A stretch of 64,000 nt of DNA from Rhizophagus irregularis (taxonomy: Eukaryota): the NCBI RefSeq assembly GCF_026210795.1, contig NC_089434.1, positions 5,394,001 to 5,458,000 of the forward strand, given 5' to 3'. The notes under the pieces were generated by a model that was not told the DNA's origin, did not search any database, and worked only from the letters and a program-made list of their open reading frames with translations. Within the stretch, counting starts at the first letter, position 1, and every line of letters begins with the position of its first letter. Made by a program: the position numbers and the translations under genes. Positions 14,686 to 26,896 of this stretch are shown in pieces.

Positions 14686-15472
14686 TCTCACTTTTATTCT
14701 AAAAAAAAAAATTTATTTATACTGATGATTATTTCAGTTAATTCTAATTAAGATCAAATATATTACATAATTCAATAAACTTATAAAGTAAAGTGAGTGC
14801 TGGAAAAAAAAGACCAAAATTGAAATTTTTTTCAAAAAAAAGGTTATAAGTAAAATAAATGTAGATTTAATCATCTGATTCAGAATATTTATTATTTTTG
14901 AAAAAATTTTTTGTCGATTTAATCTCTTTTCTCAACATTTATTTTAAGTAGACAAAAATACACATATTATACAATTTTTGAAAAGTATATATATATATTT
15001 TTTTTTTATTAAATTTAAGCATTATACAAAAAAAATAAAATCTAATTATTTAGTCTTATAATTGGTATGATTGTTTTACTATAAGTACATATTAATATTT
15101 AATTTTAAGAAAATGTACTTAAATTCCTTTATTTTATATATAATTTTCTGATCTTTACTAAATTTTTTAATTTTTAATTTTTCTTTATATACCTATTGTA
15201 AAACTTTAAAAATTATATAATATGTGTATTTTTACTTGCTTTACAATTTTATTTAGTATATCGAAAAGGATTTAAAATACCATTTTTGACTTTTATATGG
15301 GAATGTGATATTTGCAAATGTGATTCAGTGATTAAATAAATTCAATTTGATTAATAATTTTTTAAAAGTAAATAATTGATAATTATAACAAATAGTAACT
15401 TAATTTTTTAATTTAAAATGTTTTTTTATTTATTAATTTTAGAAATATAAAATTACTGCTATTTGATGCATC

Positions 15473-15912
15473 TTAAGACGTAATTCAGAGAAAAAAAATA
15501 AAATCAAAAAAAGGTATTATTTCATAATCTAGTGATTAGATTTTAATAATTCTTCTACTAATTAGTAACTAGCAATACCCTCTTCAAAATAAAAAAAAAG
15601 ATATTTAAAATTGGACTGATATATCACAAGATAATTGCAACTCATAATTTTTTTGAATAGTAAAAGATTTATCTGAAACTTCAGAAAATTTACCTGGAAA
15701 AAATCCTTTTTTATAATTATATTGTGATATACTAATCCAATTTAATTATTTTTTTTTTTGTTTTAAAGAGTACATTAAAAGTTATAAACTCAAAAAAAAA
15801 TTATCAAAATCCAATTACTGGATCATAAGATAATGCTTTTTTTTGGTTTTAATTTTTTTTTTTCTGAATTTATATAGTAATTTTCTGTAGTTTTAGGTGG
15901 ATTACACCTTAA
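15473..15912. mobile_element. TTAA-flanked degenerate TIR element (Kolobok-like?)
   Basis: TTAA|GACGTAAT ... ATTACACC|TTAA, plus a ~70-bp imperfect inverted repeat (15482-15550 vs 15800-15870). Confidence 0.55.
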
Positions 15913-16364
15913 TAATAAGAAAAATCTGATAAAATAAAAATTGTTCTTTTACAAATATTATATGATAGAATATTTTATAAAATCTAAAAATTTATAAATT
16001 AATATAACTTTCTATTTATCAATTTTAGAGATATGATTTTATTACCATTAATAAATATATTTTAATAATAAAAAGAATGAATTTAGTAAATCTAATTTTA
16101 TCTTTCTATAATTACTAGATCTTAAGATATCTTAAAAATTCAAAGGAAAAATTTTTTAAATTAGTTAAGTATTGTGCCTAAATTTTTGAAATTAATTTTA
16201 ATCTTTATTGCAAAAAATTAATATAACTTTGTATTTATAAAACTAAAATTAATTATAAGATTTATATAAAATATAACTTAAATTTTTTTAAGTATTATTT
16301 GGGATTCTATTATATCCATTTGTTATATATACTATATATATAATTTATTAAATACTTAAAATTA

Positions 16365-16880
16365 ATTAAATTCTACTATTTTTTTTTTTTTGCAAGGTAG
16401 TGCAATTCATGAGTTTATTAGTTACATAATAGTAGTACAGAAATTTCTGATATATACATAACTAATCTATTAAAACTCTGAACCAGTTTCCCATCCTATA
16501 GATTGCTCCTGTGCCCTACCATCACCAATATGAAATTCACCTATATTCTCCTATAGTAGCTATTAGATTATATAGGATTATTATTATCATATGGCTTCAG
16601 TATGTGCTTTCACTACCCTCTAAACAAAAGAAAAAGGATTATATCTGTATTTGTACATCTTGATATTATTATATACCTTCCAAATTACCCTGTTTCCTTC
16701 TCTAATAAACTGATTTACATATTGCCTTGTTTTTTCAAAAGCAATTGACCATTGTTCATTATGTTTGAGAATTCTCCTTCCCTTTAAATCATATGTATCA
16801 CCTTCTACTTACTGAGTTGGAATCCGTTCATATGCAATATGTTGGTTTGCTGGTATTTTCTATTAAATTCTACTATTTTT
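16365..16880 (-). mobile_element. Probable retroposed insertion: decayed coding fragment with poly(A) and 19-bp TSD
   Basis: Direct repeat ATTAAATTCTACTATTTTT at 16365-16383 and 16862-16880. An extended T run (to 16391) reads as poly(A) on the minus strand. The minus frame KIPANQHIAYERIPTQ*VEGDTYDLKGRRILKHNEQWSIAFEKTRQYVNQFIREGNRVIWK contains stops. Confidence 0.55.
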
Positions 16881-17846
16881 ATCAAAAAGAACAATAAATT
16901 TCTGATATTGAGTTTTATATAATAAGTAAATTATTAAGAAAACAATACTTTATTTAATAATACTAAATACTTTTAAAAGTAAATATTTTTGGTTGTAAAA
17001 TTATTTCTTCTTTTACAAGGTTTATTTTATTTGATTTTATTATATTTACAATTTCTTTATTATTATTATTATTTAACAATTATAAAATAGTTTCACTTAT
17101 TACAGTTTCAGCATGAAATGAGTTAATGTCTGTAGTACATTTTTGCAAAAATAGCATTTATCAAATACTTGTAGAACGGGAAAACATTTTTTGTAGAAAA
17201 TGTCTGGAGCATATTGCGATATCATTTCCAAAAATGGTGTAGCCTGCTTGCCACTCTTAATGGATCACGTGAGTGCAAAATTTTGTTGGTGAAATCGACA
17301 TACATTTTATTCATCACTGTTTATATTTCATCTGAGGACTCGACTTTCTAGCGACCAAAGCAATTGACAAAATTATAAATACTTGTCAAAATTAAATGCA
17401 ATTAATAATTTTGAAGTTTTGTATATACAACAGATCTGTCAGGCTGTCGCACGGGTACAGGAATAGTAAGTTTTTACATCACACATTATCTGTAATAAAC
17501 ATTTTAAAATGCTTTATATCAAACAATAATTTTTTAATTATTACGCAAATTTTATTTCACAAACACATAAAAAAAAAATAAGTATAAAGAAAAAATCATA
17601 TGAAAGAAAAGATTAAAGCATAAAAAACTAAGTCGAAATTCTTAAGAAATCACGAATTCAAAAAAGAAAAAATAAATGTATAATTATAGACATTCGATAA
17701 ATACATAATAAAAATAGAATTATTACTTAACACATAACGATAATCTTTTACGTAAACGGGTAATCGAAAAAAAAATACGAAAATCGAATATAAAAATAAA
17801 AATTTGATGTATTTCGAAAGGACAGTGATATACAGTACAGCAATGT

Positions 17847-18260
17847 TCAAGTACTGTAAGCCCTCCTACCCACCCCACTGCCCTTATTAGATCGGATGCA
17901 TATGTTAAAGGTTGGAACAAATGGAGGTTCCTTGGCGATCTCGGTGATTTCTTGCTGCACTTTATGCCAGTAGGTACGATCGCCGTGATGTTTTCCGAGC
18001 TCTCTTCCCAACATCTCTCTCGTAGACTTAACTGTTCGCGACACATTAGTAAAAATGAAGAAACATAATTATTTTCCTCTCTCTTTTTAAATATATACTA
18101 AAAGATGTAATTTACTTACGACGTGGATCGAGAACATTCCTCCAGCTAAATTAAAAAGAGTATTAAAGTTAAATTGCCTTTTTTTTAACGACTTTATTTA
18201 TTAAATTAAACTTACCGATCATTTATCTTATTGGAAGTATGTCAAAACAGTTCAGACTGG
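17847..18260 (-). pseudogene. Degenerate Myb/SANT-like gene fragment, 3 exons
   Basis: Splicing at two GTAAG..AG introns gives ELF*HTSNKINDRWRNVLDPRLKSTREMLGRELGKHHGDRTYWHKVQQEI... DRWRNVLDP matches the end of a Myb repeat. There are in-frame stops upstream and no usable ATG in this frame. Confidence 0.5.
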
Positions 18261-19834
18261 TGTCATGATTTCTTTATCGAAATTAACAATAATTGCATCA
18301 ATTTACAAGAGAAAAACCAAAACATGTTTTTTAATAATTTATTTTTTTTTGAAAAGAAATTGATAAATAAAAGGTATTGTATATCGTTATGTTAATATCT
18401 TTTTTTTTTTAATAAAATATTTGATTCGTTATTTTTTTTTAAAAAAAATTTCATAAAAAATCCACCTATTTATTTTGATTTTTATCTATATGATTAATAT
18501 AAAAAACATTTTTGGTGAATTTTTTCTTGTTTTCTTTTTTTGATTATCGGAGCTTATATTCCGAATTCTTAATCAAAAAAACGAAAAAGGGGACCAGATG
18601 AATCCAAAAAAAGAAAATATTTCTTTGTCTTTGTATTTGATATGTACGTACGTGTCCATTATTCCTAAAGTTATTATAATAAACTCGCAAAGTAATTGAA
18701 AACTTGTATAATTTTAGCTAAACTAGAAAGGCTATTCACTGATTAAAGGATTGAGGCTAATGAATCAAACGAATTTGGTGAATCTATAATTCAAAAATGG
18801 GAGAATGCAATGAAAAACAATCCAAGAATGGATATTTATTGATTTCAAATTGAGACTCTACGCTTTCATTATTTTTGCGCAGTGCATAATTAGTAATACG
18901 TGATTGGTTGATTGATGATAGTGCATAATTAGTTGTACGTGATTGGTTGATTGATGATCAAACTTTTTAATATGGACTCTACGCGATCCCTATTTGTATA
19001 ATCTAAAAGGAAAGGATGTTATTGATTTAGATCAGGAACTACTTTAAATTTAACAAATATGAGTTTATTGATTATATTGATTATGATTGATTATGCACAA
19101 TATACGGCAAATTATAAAATTTTATAGTTCTTTTTTCCTCCGGAATTCCGGAAAATTCCAAGTTTGGTTTATCATTCAGGATCTCAATTAATTACTGTAA
19201 ACGTAATTGCTATTTATCATTACCCCGTATATTAACGATTTGTTTGGTTTATGAAAAAAAAAAATAATAAATAATTATTGGATGGGAAAAGAGAATAAGA
19301 GATATCGGTCTTCGACCATCCAATAACTGAGTTATAGTTCAGTCATTAGGAATACTGCATTGACCATTAGGAATTAATGTTACTAATAATTGGATGTCTC
19401 ATAAATATATTGGTCATTAAAATCCCGCATACAGTATTCCTAATTAATAATATTTATTCTATTTTCGTTTTTCCGAAATCCGGATTCCGAAAATACTCTT
19501 CTCATTGAAGATAATACATGATTAATAGTATTGTTATTTTATTATATTTCAAATTACTCAATGTATCCATTTGACTTTCTAAAAAGAAAATTATTTTTAT
19601 TGATCACGATTTATTGAAGCATTACAGCGGATTTTCAAGATCAAAAAGGAGGCTTAACTGTAAAAAAATATTTTATTCCATTTATTCTAATAAAAGAATT
19701 AAAAGAATTATCTTTTTATAAAATCAATATAAAAAGATTTCCGGCATATATTGTTTTTAAAATACTATATATACAGTACTATATATTTCTTTATATACCT
19801 CCGATGTTGTATAGTATAGTGTAAAAAAACCATT

Positions 19835-20015
19835 CTGTATAGATAAATGCTATACTGTATAATTGTATAAATAAAAACTATATTGTATAGATAAATGCTA
19901 TACTGTATGGATAAATGCTATACTGTATAAAAAAACTATATTGTATTGTATAGATAAAAATTATACTGTATAGATAAAAAATTGTACTGTATAGTAAAAA
20001 ATTATACTGTATAGA
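19835..20015 (+). repeat. Minisatellite (TATACTGTATAGATAAA..)n
   Basis: ~20-bp units repeated about 8 times. Confidence 0.8.
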
Positions 20016-20888
20016 TTTTCGTCAACTATACAAATATATCATACTCAACCGTAAATATGTTGTTTATGAAAATTTTTTTTTATACGCAGATTTATTAGAT
20101 AGCGCATATGTTTTGGTCAATTGGTCAAATTATGATAAGAAAGAAAGATTATCCTGGACTGGGATATCTCTTTTTTTGTCATATCGGCGCATGTCAACCG
20201 AACATAGTAAATTAATTAGAGAACCATTTCTATAATAAATTTATGACATGTGAGCAAATCCGCAGTTATGTACACTGTAATTTATATTATCGATGAAGAT
20301 AAATGTATATATTTTTATATAATTTATTTTAATCGGGAAGGAGATGTCAGGAAGGAGATGATAGAAAAGACTGAAATTACTTTATTAATATTTTGAAGTG
20401 ATTATCTTGCAATATGTTACCTAGTCCCCGTACTCCCATGCTCTCGTGCTCCTAAAATAATTGGTTTTTAAAAATAAACCAACCAAAATTTAGATACGTA
20501 CAGTATATCTTGCAATTACATATAATTATACTGTAGTATTAAAACAATAGTTGGAAAAAGCAACCCTATTTTAATTTTTTATTTTTTAAAAAATAATGAA
20601 AGTTACATATTATCTATGAGAGATCTACTAAATATTTATAATAATAATCCTTATCTGTTATGCTCGATTTGAGCAATGAGTTTGGTGAAATAAAACAAAC
20701 AAAATCTTAGCAATTGAGGAAAATCGTCGGTTTAAATGCAATTTCTTTTATCACCATCATCATTACCACAACCATTACCAATCACAACTACTCTTACCTC
20801 TATCATACGGATACTATCTGCAGCCAGTTGCTAGTTTGATGTTAGATCCGCTCAAAACTGTATGATAAAAAATAATACAACATTGGAG

Positions 20889-21271
20889 CAGGGACGATGA
20901 TTTTATGTGATTGCATAATTTCACATAAAACGAATAATATATGCGATAATGCATAATTTAGTTTTATCACAGCATAATATCGCATAATTTATACCTCCTA
21001 TATTAAAAACGCATATTCCGCAGTAAAATACCAGTTTTTTCTTCCGCCGTTATCAGAATTATTTTGTGATGTCATGGTTGTAATTTCCACGTGATTACAA
21101 AAATAAATTCACATTTTTATGAACGGATGAAGCATTTTTTCGAATAATATGCACATTTCGTCAAATAATATCACATAATGTGAAGTTTTTTTGAAAAAAA
21201 TTAAATCGCATAATTTTGTTTTAGCACATAAATAATTTGTGTTTTATCACATCATAAAATTATCGTCCCTG
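20889..21271. mobile_element. hAT-type MITE
   Basis: TIRs CAGGGACGATGATTTTATG / CATAAAATTATCGTCCCTG. Perfect 8-bp TSD CATTGGAG at 20881-20888 and 21272-21279. Internal GCATAAT sub-repeats. Confidence 0.92.
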
Positions 21272-21795
21272 CATTGGAGGTATATATCATATTTAATATC
21301 GTTTAACCGTCTAAGCATAGTTTCCCATCAAAAATAATGTCTCTCTTTCTTATTTGCCCAATGGAAATCTTCATTTCTGATTCTAGTAATTAAACAAAAC
21401 AAAAAATATATTGTAGATATTACGATACGCGACTGGCAATACAATTTCACTCGCTAAATTTCTAAAAAAAGAAATTCAAATTTTTTTTAGGATTACACAA
21501 ATATTCAAATATTCTCACACTAGCAAAAATATCGACCTTGATAGGTTTGGGGTATGCATCTAAGAAGACTAGTCGTATCAATACTTTTCACACGTTTTAC
21601 CTCCATCACTTTCGAGTTTCGACACGCGATAATCTTGTGGAACATGTTTTTATTTAAATAATGATTTTCGCGATTTTCTGATGGGAATTGATTCTCACTG
21701 ATTGTAACCTCGTAATTGATTTTTGCCAATTTCTCGTTGTTGTCTTTTGTCTTTTTCAAGTTTTTTCAACTCTACCACGTATCCGTCAAGAAAAA

Positions 21796-23931
21796 ATGTC
21801 TGCATACACTCTCAAGCACGTCGTATCGGTATGGACAAAATATTTTATCGTTTATGAAATTATATTTTATTCGCGTTATTTTCACACTATTGAAACGTGT
21901 ATTTCATTTCACTAAAGTTACCCACAAAACAAGCCACCCGTTTTTATAGTGTTTGTTTCAATAATTATGATACTGTCAATACAGCTTTTGCCGTTGTCGG
22001 AGGTCGTTATGTAAGTATATCATTTTGATAAAAATTGTAACGTGTATTTTGTCCTTATTAATCTTAATAGCTTTCTATATTATAATTTTTTTATTTTTTA
22101 GGTTTTAGTTGCTCGCCTCGATAGCGAAAAGTCGGTAGCTTTAAACGTTACACAAAAATACTTTGACGAAAATGTAAATTGTTTAAACTTCCTTGTGTAA
22201 TTTTTTTTTTTTTTGTGGTTTTTAGTATAACTTTTCATTTATAATGCAGGAAAAGGAAGATTTATATTGCTGTGCATGGACTATCGACCCAATATTTGGT
22301 GCACCGCTTCTCGCCGTGGCAGGATTCACTGCCGTTATTAAAATTATAAATACGTCGGTTGGGTCCGTCACGAAGGTATAATAAAATTTTTATATTACGA
22401 ATTGATTTAATTAAAGATAAACTGCTTGTATAACCAAATATTTCGTTAAATTTTTTATACTCATAGACCCTTCAAGGGCATGGAGGCGTAAGTTCAATAT
22501 AATTTGACTTTATCTGATTAAACATTATAATGAATCTTTATAAAGTTTAAATTTTTTAAATTGTTTAATAATATAATATAGGAGATACATGAAATGAAGG
22601 TCCACCCCAGGGACCCATCTTTACTTTTCTCGGTTAGTAAAGATCTATCTATACGTTTGTGGAATCTTCGCACTATGCAGGCCGTCGCTAATTTCGCCGG
22701 TGAGGGCGGCCACCGTGAGGCGCCGCTAAGTATCGTAAGCATTGTAACGTTTCTTTATCATCAAGATCATTTCTTTTTAGATGTATTCTTTACTAAACTA
22801 TTTTTAAAATCTTAATTCTTTAGGATATGCATCTATCGGGAGACTTTTTTGCGTCTTCCGGAATGGATCACACGATAAAAATCTGGTCGTTGTGTACACC
22901 AATAATGAAGAACGCAATAAATTCTTCACCTTCAACTACAAATTCAAGACTTTCATCGGCGTCTACGTCGTCTACGTCGTCTCGTGCCTCCTCATGTTGT
23001 TCGTCGAACAGCGCGCTGTTAAAGGCAGTGACCGTGCACTATCCCATATTTTCAACAGCCGGAGTACACGGCAACTTTGTGGATTGTATAAGATGGTACG
23101 GCGATCTCTTACTGACGAGATGTGCCAATGATGCGAAGATTCTGCTTTGGAAGCCTGATGTAAAATTAGAGCCTTCCGATAATTCTAATGTCACAACAGT
23201 GGTCGTAGGTGGACCAGCTGCCGTTAGTAAGGTAAGAATAAGTGATATAACTTTAATTTTATCTAATAAAATTAATAATATTTCTTTCTTTGGATTCAAC
23301 TTTCTAGAGACAATCAAATTTCAAAATAATTTGTGAATTCGAATTTATTCATTGTGATCTTTGGTTCCTTCGCTTTGGAATGTCGTATGACTGTCAAACG
23401 CTTGCAACAGGGAATCAAGCAGGAAAAATTTATTTATGGGATATGAAGGATGTCTTCGATTACAGTGACTACTATGTCGAAAAGAAAAGATTAGAAAATC
23501 AAGTGATAAAAAAGGAAAAAGCTTCTGTAAAAAATAAAAAAAGTAACAAAAAGACTAATAAGAAGACGAATAAAAAAGCCAATAATAAGATTAATAATAA
23601 GAATAATGATAAAACTAATGATGATAGGGCAAGTAGTTATGTATCAGCAAATGGAAGTGGTTTACGCAAGGAACCTATTATCCTTAGTTCAGCATGTGAC
23701 AGCACAATTCGACAAGTTAATTTTTCAAGGGATAAACAATGGATTGCAGCGGTTTGTGACAATGGTTCCTTTTGGTGTTGGAAAGCTGGTAGTAAAGGTG
23801 TTGGTAGTAGCGTAATTAATGATAATAGCGTAATTCATGATAATAGCGTAACTCATGATAATAGCACAATTCAACAAACAGCCATTAAACTTGAAGAAAA
23901 CCTTAGCATGTTTGAAAAATTGCGTGTTTGA
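21796..23931 (+). CDS. eed: Polycomb repressive complex 2 WD40 subunit EED/ESC/FIE homolog, 8 exons, ~509 aa
   Basis: Exons 21796-21828, 21918-22010, 22102-22173, 22250-22375, 22467-22487, 22582-22734, 22824-23231 and 23308-23931 give one open frame. It carries EED hallmark motifs: FAVVGG, EDLYCCAW, PLLAVAG, LQGHGGEIHEMKVHP, SVSKDLSIRLWN, FAGEGGHR, SSGMDHTIKIW, HYPIFST..VHGNFVDCIRWYGD, CDLWFLRF, LATGNQAGKIYLWD and IRQVNFSRD. Confidence 0.95.
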
Positions 23932-24370
23932 AAATTAGCATGTAAATTTAAATCCTGTATTATAGTTAGTTGTTCATTTAAAAGTATAAAAAAAAAAATA
24001 AATCATCTTTATCATCTATTATTAAAGAGTATTTTTATAAAAACCATAAACTTTCCTTTATAAATAATAAAAACATATCAGATTATTCAGAAATGTTCTT
24101 TAACTAAATTAAGCATTTTTTTGATTTTGTAAACATTTGCTTTATACTCACTCAATCACACTCGTCTGTTCTCTATATAATGTCAATTTATTTGTATAAA
24201 GTCTGCCGATATACCGACGATAATCTGAATCTACCGAGTATAATCATAAACTACTTGTTATGTTGTTATGTTAGTACAGAATTTAATAGTATTTGGACTA
24301 AAACGAGGTTTGCATAACAGATAGTGCAACATAATTTATTTACTCTCAATTTTGATATGAATACCGGGGT

Positions 24371-24501
24371 ATTGCTAAACATCGCCTTTACCAGCATTAG
24401 GATGGCATTTTGGGTGGAGTTATATTCATATTCTTAATTCTGCCCCTAGTTCCATCCTAATGCTGGTAAAGGTGATAATCTCCCAGACGATGTTTAGTAA
24501 T
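24371..24501. repeat. Inverted repeat / hairpin (possible tiny MITE)
   Basis: ATCGCCTTTACCAGCATTAGGATGG (24381-24405) pairs with CCATCCTAATGCTGGTAAAGGTGAT (24452-24476). The outer ATTGCTAAACATCG pairs with CGATGTTTAGTAAT. Confidence 0.8.
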
Positions 24502-25174
24502 TTTCATATTTATTTAATAATAATTTTTTTTTGCTTATAAGAACTGGATAACATGATGGAGACTATCCGTTCAAATTTTTTAACCAGACTTAATTTTTAC
24601 ATGTACACGAGAAATTGAATTTAGATAATGGATACATAAAGATCTGATTGGCAGTTCTCAATTTTTAGTCCCATTCGTCTTAGAGGATCGCTGGAGGTTT
24701 CCTTAGATAACATTAAGAACAAAAAGCAATCCTTTATTTTGGACACAACACTATGCATAGATGGTGCATGTCAGCTATCATCGACGCTTTTCCAATAAAT
24801 TTATCAGAGCGAAAAGAGAGGGAATAAGTCATAGCATATCAAAGAAAATACAATATCCCTAGAACGGTTTAACTTACGATATCAAAACATCAAAGGTGAG
24901 AATAGTGAACTTTGTAACAGTTATTTTACATTATGATATGTTAACCAAAAGACGTGAATAAATTATGAAATTTATCTTCCAATTCATAAAATTCTTTCAA
25001 TTCATAAAATATAAGTAAAAAATATGTTTCTTTTGATTGTGAAGGTATGATTTATTTTATATTTAGTGCAATTATAGTTTAAAATGTAGACGAGAATAAT
25101 TATTATTGAAAATTAAAGGGGTAAAGGTAAATTATTGAAGAATTGCAATACGATAAAAAAAAAAAAATACATAA

Positions 25175-25185
25175 ATAAAGAAATA

Positions 25186-25242
<57 letters not shown>
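25175..25242 (+). repeat. (AAATAAAAG)n microsatellite
   Basis: 9-bp unit repeated about 7 times. Confidence 0.9.
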
Positions 25243-26689
25243 TGAATAGAATTTAAACCTATTACTGTTTAAAGTTAAAATAATAATTTTAAACCCAGGA
25301 ATGTCTCAGTAGATTGAGAAGGGTTAATATTAGTCAATGTGTAAGATAAGGTATTTCAATAGCCTGTTGACGACGGCTAAAGAAAGAAGGAAAAATATTG
25401 TAGTTATGAGAATTGCTCTCAGCTACAACCGTAAAGGAGCTTGTTGAAGTTGTTGATACTGTAAAATTCTTCAACTTCTATATACATTTTAAGTTTGTTA
25501 TCATACTTTTTAAAAGTATCCCCTATTGCATTAATTCAGCATTAATGCGAATAATACGAATTACTAATGGGGAATAGACAGTTTTCATGTTATTGGGAAA
25601 GTTGGTCAAGGATCTACAAGATCTTTTGCCCAATGAACATTGGTCAAGGATCTGAAGTTGAACTATTATGTATGAAACAAATAAAATAATGAACGTAAGA
25701 CAATAATGGGTTAATGACTGCGGATAAGTTGGTTGGCGATTTAATAGGACGAGATTTTGTGAGATTGATATGAGGTTAAGTTTAAGGAAGTTTTGGATGT
25801 TCATGAATTTGTTGTGAGGATTGTGAGGTTTGCAAGGTTGCGACAAGGTTGCGAGAGTTGCAAGGATTGAGGATTGTGAGGTTTTGCGAGAGTTGCGAGG
25901 ATTTTGAGAGGTTCGTGAAGTTCGAGAGTTTGTTCTTATGAATTTCGGGAGGTTTTGTTATGGTTATGAGATAATTGAAAGAGTTGTTAAGGATTGTAAA
26001 GGTTAATTAATGAAGGTTTGTACTTTGTAGAGTCAAGAAATAATTTAAATAATAATTTAAATAGTTATTTTTTTCGAAAGAGTTTAAGAAAAATGTAAAT
26101 GAAATAATTGAGAATAATTTTTTTGAATAAATTTTCGAGAGTTTTGAGAGAAAAGTAGATAAAATAATTGAGAGTAATTTTTTTTTTTTTTGAATAGAGT
26201 TTTTGAGAAAAATGTAGATGAAAAAAAATTTAATACTTATAAAGTCTAAACTATTGAAAAAAATGCATTGCGTAGTGACACTAAACCAAAATCGTCATTT
26301 CATTTATCCAATTTTACTTTTCTTTGTTTTTTTTTCAAAAAAAATATTTTTTTTTCTTATATATTATTCTTTTTTTCGCACGTGTAAACAAACAAATAAA
26401 AATTAGTAAAATAAACAAACAATTTTTGCGCATTGTAAATATTATTTTAATATATGAGAATTAGTTCTCTACGATTTTTTATCTTTAACTTAAAGATGAC
26501 TTTTTCTTGATTTTTTTAATATTAGTTCCATATAAAAAGTTAATTTAATGTTGTAAAGTCTCAAAATAACGTTTAATCGATAAAAAAATTTGAGACAAAA
26601 TTAAGAATTTAGGCTGAATTTTATTACATTTTTTTTAAAAAAATTTGATTACAATTAAATTTGATTACAATTAATAATTTTTTATTAAT

Positions 26690-26896
26690 AATTATTTATA
26701 TTTATTTATATTTATTTATATTTATTTATATTTATTTATTTATTTATTATTTATTTTATTTATTTTTTATTTATTTTATTTATTTTTTATTTATTTTATT
26801 TATTTTTTATTTATTTTATTTATTTTTTATTTATTTTATTTATTTTTTATTTATTTTATTTATTTTTTATTTATTTTATTTATTTTTTATTTATTA
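26690..26896 (+). repeat. T-rich minisatellite (TTATTTTATTTATTTTTTAT)n
   Basis: 20-bp unit repeated. It explains the spurious ORF 26661-26897. Confidence 0.9.

Noticed and set aside
22518..23815. Antisense and alternate-frame ORFs over EED
   Set aside because: They are shadows of the real EED coding exons.
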